A stretch of DNA of 40,640 nt from Chiloscyllium plagiosum (lineage: Eukaryota). Location: contig NC_057719.1 in the NCBI RefSeq assembly GCF_004010195.1, positions 28,819,309 to 28,859,948 of the forward strand. Reading direction: 5' to 3'. The notes under the pieces are model-generated. The model was not told where the DNA came from, did not search any database, and saw nothing but the letters and a program-made list of their open reading frames with translations. Positions 1 through 12,392 of the stretch are shown here, in pieces. Position numbers and translations under genes: made by a program. Numbering within the stretch: position 1 is the first letter of the stretch; every line of letters begins with the position of its first letter.

Positions 1-417
1 GAAGGGATGGTAGGGTGAAAGAACCTTGGGTGACAAGAGATGTGGAACATCTAGTCAAGAGGAAGAAGGAAGCTTACTTAAAGTTGGGGAGGCAAGGATC
101 AGACAGGGCTGTAGAGGGTTACAAGGTAGCCAGGAAGGAACTGAAGAATGGATTTAGGACAACTAGAAGGGGGCATGGAAAAGCTTTAGCGGTAGGATTA
201 AGGAAAACTCTAAGGCATTCTACACTAATGTGAGGAATAAGAGGGTGGGCAGAGTGAGGGTAGGGCCAATCAGAAATAGTGGAGGGAACTTGAGCCTACA
301 GTCAGAAGAGGTAGGGGAGGTCCTTAACGAATACGTTGCTTCAGTATTCAGTCATGAAAGGGACCATGTCGTTTGTGAGGACAGTTCAAAACAGGCTGAT
401 ATGCTAGAACAGGTTTA
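1..417 (+). mobile_element. CR1 LINE ORF2 fragment (region between endonuclease and RT)
   Basis: EPWVTRDVEHLVKRKKEAY and RNKRVGRVRVGPIR...EEVGEVLNEYVASVF, frameshifted. Confidence 0.85.
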
Positions 418-739
418 ATGGGAGTGAAGCTCTTGGAGCTCATGGCTGTCACTCTTCTTCACTGTGGGAGCCTGCTGGTACCACTCTGTTTCCTTGAGAA
501 ACTAGGACACCTGGAGTGAGGCTGAGGCATCTTGTTCACTTTCATTTTATCATAGATGCTGTGCACCCTTGACTAGAGTGATGGAGTGTAGGCTTGAGAA
601 CAAATATGTAGCCACTAAGGATTCTGATCAATCTGACTCTCCTACACAGCCACCATCCTTTCCATGAAGGCAGCCAAGTGCTCACATCCTGGAGCCATGA
701 TAGTGATTGAATGGACTCAGCCATCTTCTGCACCAGACC

Positions 740-1748
740 AGCGCGGTAGATGTGATCTATGTGGACTTCAGTAAGGCGTTCGACAAGGTTCCCCATGGGA
801 GACTGGTTAGCAAGGTTAGATCTCACGGAATACAGGGAGAACTAGCCATTTGGATACAGAACTGGCTCGAAGGTAGAAGACAGAGGGTGGTGGTGGAAGG
901 TTGTTTTTCAGACTAGAGGCCTGTAACCAGTGGAGTGCCACAAGGATCGGTGCTGGGTCCTCTACTTTTTGTCATATACATAAATGATTTGGATGAGAAC
1001 ATAAGAGGTACAGCTAGTAAGTTTGTAAATGTCACCAAAATTGGAGGTGTAGTGAACAGTGAAGAAAGTTATCTCAGATTACAACAGGGTCTTGATCAGA
1101 TGGGCCAATGGGCTGAGAAGTGGCAGATGGAGTTTAATTCAAACAAATGTGAGGTGCTGCATTTTGGGAAAGCAAATCTTAGCAGGACTTATACACTTAG
1201 TGGTAAGGTCGTGCAATTCTGCTCTCCTTCCTATTGGAAAGATGTTGTGAAATTTGAAAGGGTTCAGAAAATATTTACAAGGATGTTGCCAGGGTTGGAG
1301 GATTTGAGCTATAGGGAGAGGCTGAACAGGCTGGGGCTGTTTTCCCTGGAGCGTCAGAAGCTGATGGGTGACCTTATAGAGGTTTACAAAATTATGAGGG
1401 GCATGGATAGGGTAAGTAGACAAAGTCTTTTCCCTGGCGTGGGGGAGTCCAGAACTAGAGGACATAGGTTTAGGGTGAGAGGGGAAAGATATAAAAGACA
1501 CCTAAGGGGCATTTTTTCGCACAGAGGATGGTATGTGTATGGAGTGAGCTGCCAGAGGAAATGGTGGAGGCTGGTACAATTGCAACATTTAAGAGGCATT
1601 TGGATGGGTATATGAATAGGAAGGGTTTGGAGGGATGTGGGCTGGGTGTTGGCAGGTGAGACTAGATTGAGTTGGGATATCTGGTCGGTGTGGATGGGTT
1701 GCACTGAAGGGTCTGTTTCCGTGCTGTACATTTCTATGAATCTATGAG
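740..1748 (+). mobile_element. CR1 LINE 3' fragment (RT to 3' tail), internally deleted
   Basis: VDVIYVDFSKAFDKVPH, VPQGSVLGPLLFVIYINDLD, WAEKWQMEFN, SYRERLNRLGLFSLE. In-frame stop near 914; ends in TCTATGA-type tail repeats. Confidence 0.95.
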
Positions 1749-1819
1749 TGTATGTGCCTATCCCTTCTCACAGACTCTTTGCAAGCTGTTCACCACCTAC
1801 TCATCCTCAGATCTGCAGG

Positions 1820-2700
1820 TCCAGTTCCCAACCCCCTGACAAATTAGTTTAAACCTCCCAAAGAGCTCTGGCAATCATCCCGCCCAGGATATTGGTGCCC
1901 CTCCAGTTCAGGTGCAACCAGTCCATTTTGTACAGGTCCCAGCTTCCCCAGAAGGTATCCCAATGATCCATTGGGGTGGCACGGTGGCTCAGTGGTTAGC
2001 ACTGCTGCCTCACAGCACCAGGGACCCGGGTTTAATTCCCACCTTGGGCAACTGTCTGTGTGAGTTTGCACATTCTCCCCATCTCTGCGTGGGTTTCCTC
2101 TGGGTGTTGGTTTCCTCCCACAGTCCAGTGCAGGTTAGATGAATTGCCCATGCTAAATTGCCTGGAGTGTTAGGTGGATTAGTCAGGGGTAAATATAGGG
2201 GGTGGGTTTCTCTTCGGAGGGTCGGTGTGGACTTGTTGGGCCGAAGGGCCTGTTTTTACACTGTAGGTAATCTAATCTAACTCTGAAGCTCTCCCTCCAA
2301 CACCAGCCCTGCAGCCACGTGTTCATCTGCACTAGCCCATGGTACCGGTAGCAAACCTGAGATTACTACTCTGCTTATCCTGCCTTTTGGCTTCCAACCT
2401 AACTCCCTATATTCACTTTTCAGGTCCTCATCCCTTTTCCTACCTATGTTATTGGTACTGATGTGTACCACGACTTCTGGCTGCTCTCCTTCCCACTTAA
2501 GAATCCTGTAGACCCCCTGACCCTGCCACCCAGGAGGCAACATACCATCCGGGGGTTTCATTCGCAACCACAGAATCTCCTATCTGTTCCTCTCACCATT
2601 GAAGCTCCTATCATTATCACTGTCCTGCTCCCCCCCTTCTCATTCTAAGCCACAGAGCCAGGCTCAGTGCCAGAGACCTGGCCGCTGTGTCTTTCCCCGG
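1820..2700 (-). mobile_element. CR1 ORF1 (SGNH esterase-like) fragment interrupted by a SINE
   Basis: Minus-strand EGEQPEVVVHISTNNIGRKRDE...SRVVISGLLPVP (2277-2567) continues below 1970 as WDLYKMDWLHLNWRGTNIL, a DGLHLN-like motif. Confidence 0.8.
1973..2280 (+). mobile_element. tRNA-derived SINE with CR1-like 3' tail (HE1-like)
   Basis: Box A GTGGCTCAGTGG and box B GGTTTAATTCC; tail GGCCGAAGGGCCTGTTT resembles the CR1 3' ends in this window; ends in (TAATC)n. A second copy lies at 30779. Confidence 0.9.
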
Positions 2701-2714
2701 TAGATCATTATGAC

Positions 2715-2872
2715 AATTGATTATAGTCTCATGGTCACCATTATTGAGATGAACTTTCAATTCCAAATGTAGAAATTGAATTTAAATTTCATCTGCTGCC
2801 TTGGTGAGATTTCAACCATGCTCCCTAGGTTTCTGGATTATTAATCCAGGAACATTACCAAGATGCCACCGT
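2715..2872 (-). mobile_element. Short decayed tRNA-type SINE
   Basis: Reverse complement begins GGTGGCATCTTGGTAATGTTCCTGGATT...GGTTGAAATCTCACC, resembling box A and box B. Confidence 0.5.
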
Positions 2873-2949
2873 CACTCTTTGCATCCAGGACAACTGACTT
2901 TATCCGATGAGTTCAAACAAGGGTGTAAGGCCCAGGAATGTGATTGTCC

Positions 2950-3540
2950 TTGTCCTTGTAGACATAGATGCACATCCAACATCTGGTGGATATAGGGTGC
3001 AACTTCCCAGGTTATCCTGGAGCATCTTCAGCATTGCCTGTCTGTCAGCTACAATGGACTCTGTTTCAGTCCAACACTTACTGTCTATATTTGTCCTCTT
3101 GCACACGCTGCTGTGCCTCTACTGATGGCTTGCAACTACTGCGGGTTCATGCTCCTGCTGTCAGAAAAATCATTTTTGTTTCTTCTGAGAAGCCAGATGA
3201 CGAGATGAATGGCAGTGTTGACAAATTGCTTCCTGCTGTATTCATGAAGGTAGTTGTTTAATGCTTGCAGTCACCTTTCTCTAAGATGCTTGCCCTGTCA
3301 GTCTGCCCCATCATGTCTCAGAAACTGTGCCACCTCACAATGTTTTCCACCCGGCCTCCTGTCCAATCACCATGCATTCCATGGAAAGCTGCATCCTCTG
3401 TAATTTCAAATTCAGTTCCTTGTGACCAATCATACAGATGCAAAGAGACAATTGCATTGTCTAGGTTTCTTAAAACATGCCAGTGCACATGCCCACTGAG
3501 AATAGACAGCCCCTTCCTTCAGGGAGGTTGCAGTAGAACA
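2950..3540 (-). mobile_element. Heavily decayed RTE-like LINE remnants
   Basis: Minus-strand CKRTNIDSKCWTETESIVADRQA resembles the RTE ORF C-terminus; a KGDC-like motif lies near 3270-3290. Confidence 0.4.
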
Positions 3541-4414
3541 CTTCTAATCTTGCCTTTGCTCGATTAAGATGCCAGCAATTGCCCCTCCCCCAGCTCCATA
3601 TTTTCTGTCAGTTTTTCTGTTGTAACAGAATATTCCTGTCAGGCTGACAGAGTTCGTAGTCTTTGTGATGATTGGCTTGCAACAAAGGGAGCCGCTTAAG
3701 TATTTAATGGTCCTCCCTTGCTGCATTGCTTCCTGCATACCTGAGATTTTGTAAAATGGCAATCAGGTCACAATGGACTTTGGCTCCATGAATTCATGAG
3801 ATCTCATTGGGATGTGTGCCATGAGTGCTGTGGATCTGCTGGTTATGTGGGAAATGAAAGCAGGTGATCATGATTCTCCATTCACTGGACTCATAATTAA
3901 TAAAGTGCCTCTTCAGTCAGCCGGCAAATCTAAACTGCAACTTGGCATTCCTCCTTCACTTTGGATGTAGCCTTTTGAATTCAAAAGAAAATTGTACAGT
4001 TCGTTTCAGAAGCAACGATAAGCTTCACTATGTCCAATGTTTTGAATTCAAGTCTCCCCCTGTCAGTCACCAAATCACCCCCATTCTGCTCCTTCCTCAC
4101 TGGCTTCCTACCTCTGTTGCCCCACCATACTCCTCATGCTTCTGTTGAGCCGCTCAATGACATCATTGCTGCCCTCTTACTCACACCCCACTGTAAGCCC
4201 TTCACCATTTCCTGCTGACTGTCATACTTCCCTCATCAAGGACACATGCACAGTGACTTTCCTTGACCCACTTCTATGACACCTGGTTCTCCTCTTTTTC
4301 ACATTAAACTGACCACTGTTAATGTGACCATTCTTTCCACTGCACAGTACCAATGTATAAATCCTCAGTTGTCAACCATCTGCATTGGGATGCTGTCCTG
4401 GTCAAGTGGAGGTC

Positions 4415-4812
4415 AAACTGAGACTGACTGAAGTCCAAGCCTCAACCTCAGTGCTGCCCAAGCCCCAGACTGACTGTGACCCAAACCCCCAAACCAGACT
4501 AACTGTGACCCAAACCCCTGAACCCCCCAAGACTGACAAGTGACCCAAACCCCCAAACCGCCAGACCGACTGTGACCCAAACCCCTGACCCCCAGACTGA
4601 CAGTGACCCAAACCTCAGAATGCCCAGACTGACTATGACCCAAACCCCTGACCCCCAGACTGACTACAATCCAAGCCCAGACTGACTGTGACCCAAAACC
4701 CTGACACTCAACTGACTGCAATCCAGCCCCTGGACTGATGGTGGCCCAAACCTCAGACCGACAGCGGCTAAGCCTCAACTGACTGTGGCCCAAACTACAA
4801 ACTAACTGTAAA
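4415..4812. repeat. Imperfect minisatellite, ~27-28 bp unit
   Basis: Repeated CAGACTGACTGTGACCCAAACCCC(TGACCCC), about 14 degenerate copies. Confidence 0.92.
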
Positions 4813-5689
4813 CCACCCTGGAACTTCTATAACCCAAGTGCCGGGTCACTGTCACTGCACTGGACCGACTAGAGATTACCCTATTCCATTAATTCTTCCT
4901 TACTTTAACCATTAATTTGGTTCAATGCTCTTCAACCACACTGACTCCTTGTTTGCCACTTATGCGAGTCCAAGCCCTTTAGCTACATGCTGGCTACTTT
5001 TGCACAATACCCTGCCCTTCTGCCAGAAGCTTTGTTTGGTTTTTGCCAGTTGGAATTTACGATGGTTCAGGGACATAATCTTTACTTTGACATGATGACT
5101 GTACTTGGAAAGCTCAAAGCACATGTGACTGTAAGCATCTTTTAAAGCTGTATTGGTGTAAGGTCAAAGCAGCAAATACTTATCCCGGAGTCCAGGAAGA
5201 AGCACCAGTTGCCAGGTGCATGCCTGCGATATGCAGTGCAATAACTGTTTTGCAAAAGGTAGAGGTTAATTGGGATGACCAACTTCATTACAGTGAGCTA
5301 TGGTCTTGATGAGATTTTAATATATGCCGATAAACATCTCAATTCCTCCTGCCTTTTAAGGGAGTGAATTTAATCTCTAAACTTTATCTTGACAGCAAGA
5401 ATCTGATTTTTTGCCTTACACCTCATAAAGTTCACCCATTTTTCTTGTCATTTCTGGGACTGGAAAATCCCACTCATATTCTTTGTTTTTCATACACCAG
5501 GATCTTTAATAGTATTAATTAAAATAGAAGAAAAGTTTGATAATTTCTGTTATATTGTCTATAAGGGAGGAAGGTTAATTACATTTTGTTTTGATTTTGA
5601 CACTGAAATACTGCTTTAGGACTTAACAAGATTGATGTGAATGTGTTGTAAAAATTAGACAACAGATAAAAAAACCCACCAGTCTCTCT

Positions 5690-6730
5690 ATTCCTTAGCT
5701 GTGAACTAAAAGGGAGTAGAGACTGATTGTTTTTATCCTGTTGATAGAGTGGGGAAAGGAACAAGTGGAAGAGGTTATGAGGGTACCCAAAGCAAAAGAC
5801 ATAAGGATTGCTAATGTAAAGGAGAGATAGAAATGTAAAATGGGTATAAATGAAAAAGAGAACCTGGGTATGATCTGCTGAGAGCAAACTAAACGTGCCG
5901 CATACAAGACACAGTCCAGAGTGGAGTTGATGTAAGAGAATTGCGGGTCATACTCTGAAGTTGTAGAATTCAATATTGGGTCATTGAGGGTATAAAGTGC
6001 CTGAATGGAAAATGAGGTGCTGCTTCTCCAGCTTGTTTTGAGCTTTGTTGGAACACTGTAGCAGGCCCAAGGTGGAAATTTTAGCACAGAAGCAAGAGGA
6101 TTTATTGAAATAGCAAGCAGCTGGAAGATTGGGTAATTTTTGCAGACAGGGTAGAGATATTTCATAAAGCCATCAGCCAGTCTGAGTTTGGTCTCACCAA
6201 TTTTCAAGAGGCCATATTGTGACCAACAAATAAAGTAGGTGAGATTGAAAGAAGTAAACTACAATCCCACAGGACCATAGGACTACAAATAAAAGAATAA
6301 ACCAAGATGTCCCTGCAGAATGTCAGGGAGGGGAAGATGTTCTTGCTGGTGATATCCTGCTGGAGGTGTCAAAAATGGCAAAGGCTGGTCTTTTGAACGC
6401 AGATACTGTTGGAGAGTGAAGACAAAGGAATCCGATCGCTCTTCTGAAAGGAATGATGAGGGCAGATATGCAAGAGATGGTTCAGGCATAATTGAGGACC
6501 CTGTCAACCATGGTGAGAGAGAATCCTCTTTGAGCAAGAGAAAGCCATGTCAGAGGCACCAAGGTGGAAAGTGATATCATCAGAATAGATGTGTTGGAAA
6601 CAGAGAAACTGGGAGAATAGAATAGAATCCTTGCAGGAAGCAGGGTAAAAGGACATGTAATAAGATAACTGTGGGAGTTCATGGGTTTGTAGTGGTTAAA
6701 AGTGAACAGTCTATTCCCACACTTGCCCAT
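5690..6730 (-). mobile_element. Decayed Penelope-like retroelement 3' portion (RT end + GIY-YIG endonuclease)
   Basis: Minus-strand IGETKLRLADGF resembles the YIGETKR motif. HYKPMNSHSYL and PWLTGS-like segments present; 5980-6040 is homologous to 21900-21965. Confidence 0.75.
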
Positions 6731-7259
6731 TCTTCATCATACAAGGCCTGAAATACTAATCTGCTTTAAAATTACTGAGCAAAAATGATATTCTGTTTGG
6801 AGAGAGAACCTTCCATGTTTTCTACCAAATTATCAGTGTGTTCTGAACAGCAAAGAGAACCTCTGGCTGACCCAATCCCCTTGCAATTAACTTTCTATTT
6901 ACCTTTTGCTCCTTCGTCTTCATCCCCTTATCAGCTTCAGGTTACATGGTATTTCTTGGAACTTACTGATGTCATAAACATGAAACTAATTAACCTGTTT
7001 CAGATCATTCCTCAGACCACTTTGGCTTTAAATAATACCACACAAAATATAATACAGACTGTTTCCAACTCATGTGTCCTCACATAAGAAAGAAAACTGG
7101 CAAAGGGCAGAGGAAATCTATACAGAAAAACAAATGGAAATAAACATCATACCTGGGCATTACACGTTAAAGAAATGTATATCCCCTAAAATAAATATGG
7201 GGAGCTAGTTAATTTCTTCTCATCCAGTTTCTTAACAATTTGGGATATTCCAACGATAA

Positions 7260-7510
7260 CCATGCTAACTCGTGGAACCTCAACTGGGATCTGCTCATAA
7301 CACCGGGCACTGGAAGAACTCTCCTGCTCTGCTTCAAATAATGCCACAAATATTTTAGGTCCTCTTAAATAGTCAGATAGGATGTTTTTCTAAGATCTCA
7401 TCTGGGAATGCAGCATTTCCTCAATAGTATACATGTCAGTCCAGACTAAGTATGTGATCAAGACTCTGAACTCTGGTTGTTTGGAGTGCTATCATTGAGC
7501 CATGCTAACA
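7260..7510 (-). mobile_element. Old Deu-domain SINE copy (SacSINE/AmnSINE-like)
   Basis: Reverse complement begins TGTTAGCATGGCTCAATG, like the head at 9839, and includes GTGGCATTATTTGAAGCAGAGCAGGAGAGTTCT, like 12442-12470. Confidence 0.55.
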
Positions 7511-9139
7511 CTTAGTATGATAATGGACACCACAATTGATGCATAGATCAATAGGTTAACCAAAAGATATGAAGTGATTTTGCCAATTTTTAAATTAACA
7601 TTGGTACCTGAGAAGATCTGATGAATGCCTGCATTAACTGAAGTACACATCTTCAGGTCAGTGTTCAGAAGAAGCAAGTGTCTTTTTTCTAGTCTCTTTG
7701 TCAATGACTGCAAAGACCTGATGGTGGTTACATTTATGTCGTTAAAAATAGTCCAGTTAGTTCAGAACTTTTGAGGCATAAAGCAAAGAGATTTCTCTGA
7801 ATGAGGTATGAAATACGCACAACGCAGTGACAACACGTATAAAAGTCTTAAAGGCAGGGCAGTCTTTGGGTTGCATGGGGCTGTAACTGAATGCCCTAAA
7901 GGAAGACACAGCTTCTAAACAAGCACAACATTTTGTTAAAACCCACAAATGCGCTTTGTTGACTGATAACTTACAATCATCCTCTTTGGAAAGGAGGGAA
8001 GTAGATTCTCTTTGGAATAATTGTTGATTCAAGATAACACGTGATGAAGCCTCAGAAGAAAGTCAATCAATTTTGGATGAAGGCCTGCAATTGAATATGA
8101 ATTACATCCAGATACCTGCTAGGCAATCTGTCCTCATAGGTCCTTCTGCCACATTAGAATGGCTGTGCGTCTTACAGCTGGAAAGAAAATTTAGAACCTT
8201 GAAACATTAGCTGTTTGAAAGTTTTATTTGGATGCCAGTAGTGAGAAAGTGCAGTCTACAAATGAATGCATGTTATAGTTGAATTAAAAAAATACAAACA
8301 CTGATGAAACACCAGACTTCAGACTGATTATGTCACTATTAAATTAATTAAGATAGTTGCATACATTGTAATCAGGAAGTTGGTGGTAATGCACTCAAAG
8401 TTAATAGTATATTCATCATGCCACTGGGAGAATTTATTGATGGCAAATGTGTGAGTTATCTGACAGTTTTTGAAGAAAAGATAAGCAGACTCCTGTTGGA
8501 AATGTGAAAGTGCAAATTTAGAACTGGGCCATTTGTGTGAGCCAGATTTGGCATTTGATATTTGAGCCCTGCGAGCCCACAGTATGTCTAAGGTGCTGTA
8601 AGGTTTGGTCCAATTGGGAGCAAAGATCAATCACTGCAACAGGACTCTTCCAATCCACCTCCAAATAATCTTGTCAGACAATGTCTGAATGGATATAATG
8701 CTCTGGGCTGACCAAATAGAGTGAGGTTTTCATGTTCTCCACATGGATGAACATTTTGATGTGTTAAACTCAAGAAAGTACCACTACTCATACTGAGGGG
8801 GGATCACTTTATCAGCTTGATGAAATATTAAATGCAAAATGACACTTAAATGCACAGAGTAATATAAAAGATCCAAGATTATTCAAGTGAAAGCAGGCAG
8901 CTCTCCTCATTTTCCAGTCAAAATTAAACTCTGAGTTATTACTGCCGAAATTAAATGCAGGTGCAATGGAACATCAACTCCTCATTTCTCTCTAGGTTGT
9001 ACTTATAATGTAATTCCTTCATTGTTGCTAAGTCAAATTCCTGAAGCTCCTTACTGAACAGCATTGTGATGTTCCCTCACATTATGGACCAGCAGCTTAA
9101 ACAGGTACCATTATGTTCTGGTCCCACCCACAAATGGAA

Positions 9140-9830
9140 GTTCATCAGTGTAGTTCATAATTTCTAATCTGTTATTCTCCATTGTAATTTTAAAGATGTC
9201 TAATTTATTTTTTCTCAATTTTACCTTTGGAAAGAAGAGCCCTACACATTCAATTTTTCCTGATAGGTGCACATCCTTAATTCTGGTAAATATTTTGTTA
9301 TGCTTTTCTGCATTACTTTGGTAGACATTTTATAGTATGGAAATCAGAAATTCAGTTTTCAAAGAGGATCTAGCCAAGACTGACAGAAATTTAGCATTAC
9401 TACATTGCTTTTGTGCGGTCCACTGGAAGGTAACTTCAGTCTGTTGTCTTTTCTTTCCAGTCTCATCAATTTCTGTTACCTTTTGTAATTTATGTATATG
9501 TAGTCATAGATTTATTTTATTATTTTCCAATTTAGGTTATTACTTCCAAGGAACAAGAAGCCTCTTTATTCTTTCTCCCAGAGTAACCACTTCCTCACTA
9601 ATGGTATTGAATTTCATATGTCATTGTTCTGCCTAATATATAAGCTTGTATTTTGGTGCATGCCTTTATATTTTTAACTATATCAAATTTGGTAACGTTT
9701 GCAATGTTTTACAACATATATTCAGAGTCAAAATGATGTATTTATATGGTGAATAATAGAGGTCCTAGCAATGTTCTCTGCAAGACTTCTCATTTTCTGC
9801 CAGTCTGAGAAATTTCTAACTCCTATACCC
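9140..9830 (-). mobile_element. Old, highly decayed CR1 fragment
   Basis: Recognisable only as degenerate antisense CR1 RT-type sequence; no ORF. Confidence 0.4.
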
Positions 9831-9838
9831 AATTAATT

Positions 9839-9992
9839 GTGTCAGCCATGGCTCAGTTGGGAACACTCACATCCTTTGAGCCTTTAGGTTCAGGGCCTGG
9901 ATTTAAGCATAAAATTTAAGGCTGGCACTCCAATGTTGTATTCAGGGAGTTCTGCACTGTTGGAGGTGCCATCTTACAGATTAGACAATAAA
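9839..9992 (+). mobile_element. Deu-domain SINE 5' half
   Basis: tRNA-like head GTCAGCCATGGCTCAGTTGG followed by GGGAGTTCTGCACTGTTGGAGGTGCCATCTT, recalled as Deu-domain core. Confidence 0.65.
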
Positions 9993-10009
9993 TCATAATT
10001 CACCAAAAA

Positions 10010-10980
10010 ATTAGATCAGTGAATGTGGAACTGAGGAAAAGTTGTTAGCTTTCTTTTAAGACAGAAAGCAGAGAGTAGGAATAGAGGACAGTTATTCAGA
10101 GTGGCAGTAGTTGGGAAGTAGTGTTCTACAAGGATCAGACCTGAGATCATTGCAGTTTACATTTACATAAAAAATTTGGACAGTGGAATCAACAGCAAAA
10201 TTTCTAAATTTCTGGCTGATAACACACTCTTGTGATAAATGTACTCCTTTATCCTGTTGCAGTCTTTAAGTTTTGTAATTTGTTGCAGTCCATAATATGA
10301 AGGAAGTCATGATATTAAAATATTTTAGCATGAGCAAGTACTTGGCAAATTAAGTTCAACACATTTAAATGTGAGGTAGTACAACTTGATAGGGGGAATG
10401 GAGGGGGTTCACTTATTACTTCGAAAGTGCCAGTCTAAATGACGATAGAGGAACAAAATGATCTCAAAATACAAATATGTCAATCACAAAAGATATGCCA
10501 CACATTGTAAGATCATTAAAAAAAACAAAACTCCAGACTTTATTTCTAGAGAGATCAAATTGAAAAACAGGAAAGTTATGCGACACTTGTGTCAATAAAA
10601 CTGTGGTTAGATTGCAATTACATTACTGCATCCAGTTCTGTTCATCATATTATAAAAATGACAGAGAGGTGGTGGGGAGGGTGCAGGGAGATTTACAAAG
10701 TTGAAACCAGAAATGTTTGAGTACACATATCCAGAAGGGATTAACAGGCAGGGTCGCAGCTCATGTTAAAAATAAGAAAAAGATGACTGATAGGTGACAG
10801 AATGGATGAAGAACTAATGTTTCCTCTTGTGGCAAAGAGCATAACAAGAGGTCATCAATATAAGATAATCACCTAAGAATATGGAATTCAGAAGAAACTT
10901 CTTTACCGCAAAAGTTGTGAGAATGCAGAACTCTCTATGTCAGGAAGTGGTTGAAGTAAATAGTATAGTATTGCTGAAAA
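10010..10980 (+). mobile_element. Old CR1 LINE 3' fragment
   Basis: Decayed equivalents of GVPQGS (GTGTTCTACAAGGATCAG), AAATGTGAGGT and AGAAACTTCTTTAC, colinear with the younger CR1 copies in the window. Confidence 0.7.
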
Positions 10981-11345
10981 TAAGAATATATTTTGTCAAA
11001 GAATATATCTAATCTTGAACTCACCAGGACAATTTGCAAGAATACAAAAGTAAATGGAAAACCGTCTTTATACAGTATGAGAAGAAAACGCTGACTGTTT
11101 GGCAAGTGGACTCTGATTGGTAGAGATGTTGCCACAGAGAATATATCAGTTAATAATGATTGGTAGTTAACTGCCAAGCTTTGTTTAAATCTTAAAACAG
11201 GAAGGTTGACTATGATTCGTCAAGAAACTGTCCTGAGAAATGATAATGGTTTTCAACTATTCTGCTCAATTAAAACAGGTGCAGTGTGAAACAGAACCCT
11301 GCAAAGAACAGGGTCTTTTGTATTAATATACATAGTTCTAGTATA

Positions 11346-11990
11346 CAGAGGAACCTCAATTATCTGAATATTGATTATCCAAATATCAGAATTTCTGATG
11401 AAGATTTCAAGGTCCTGCAAAAATGTTACATCAAAGAGGTAGGTGTACACAATTTAGCTGTACTGAAGAAGATGCGCAAATGCTGGCTAAAACAAAGAAA
11501 CACAAGCAGCTCAAGCATCAACGACTGAAAATCTTTTAGGTAAGGGTTGTTACACAGCCCTTTGCAAAAGTTAAGTGTTTTACAGTATTCCCGGCACTTT
11601 ACCAGGCCAGTCATTTTGAAAAAAAGGCTGAGAATGTAAACACATGCACGAGGCGGGGCTTCCATCTTTCTATCGTGAAACTGAGATCCCGGAAACTGAT
11701 ACTGTAAATGGTCTTGTGATCGTAGAAGCTCTTTGGGACCTTGTTAACTGCTGGGATTTCATGGTAAGGGTTTAGTTCTTTTTATCTTAACCTGTAATTT
11801 GCAGACTGCAACGAAATTTGTTTAAATGGCTGACTTACTAAAATTGTCGATTTAAACAAATTCTCCGTTAGAGCACAGCAGTAGATCAGTATGGCTTCCC
11901 CTGTTTAAGCTAAAACCGATTATCTGAACAATCAAATATCCGAACGAAATAGAGCCTGTCCATCTCATTCGGATAATTGAGGTTCCACTG
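11346..11990. mobile_element. Non-autonomous Tc1/mariner (Tigger/pogo-like) MITE, 645 bp
   Basis: TIRs CAGAGGAACCTCAATTATCTGAA (11346-11368) and TTCGGATAATTGAGGTTCCACTG (11968-11990) match at 21/23 and are flanked by TA on both sides. No transposase ORF. Confidence 0.88.
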
Positions 11991-12184
11991 TACACACATG
12001 CACCACACTGAGTCTGACTGACAATAGTTAATTGGTTATCAACATAATTCATGGGACACTCAGGATCATTTCACATAGATGATTTTGAACACATTATTTA
12101 AGGAGAATCTAGACAAGAATATAAGTGAGGGGATTACGTGTGATTCTGTTGGGAGAATTAAATGAAAAGGAGATGGAAAGGGAC

Positions 12185-12285
12185 TTTTGTGGTGCAGTGG
12201 TAGTATCCTTTGAGGCCTGGGTTCAAGTCCCACCTGTTCCAGAGATCTGTAATAATATTTCTGAACAGGCTGATTAGAAAATAGT
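12185..12285 (+). mobile_element. Short tRNA-derived SINE
   Basis: GTGGTGCAGTGGTAG (box A) and GGTTCAAGTCC (box B). Confidence 0.65.
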
Positions 12286-12392
12286 TTAAATAAATTTAGA
12301 AAAGAAGATAAAGGAAGGAGGCTAGTGTGGATTAAAAACACTGGAATGAACTGCTTGGCTTATTTTGATGCATTATATTCTATACAATCCTA

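Noticed and set aside
935..1615. 226-aa RT-like ORF as a functional gene
   Set aside because: CR1 fragment with an upstream stop, a degenerate catalytic motif (FVNV in place of FADD), an internal deletion and a later frameshift.
1973..2045. tRNA gene (also near 30779 and 12185)
   Set aside because: These are SINE heads followed by SINE bodies; I could not see a complete cloverleaf.
4415..4812. CRISPR-like array or Gly/Ser-rich ORFs
   Set aside because: No unique spacers, vertebrate context, and the ORFs are by-products of the tandem repeat.
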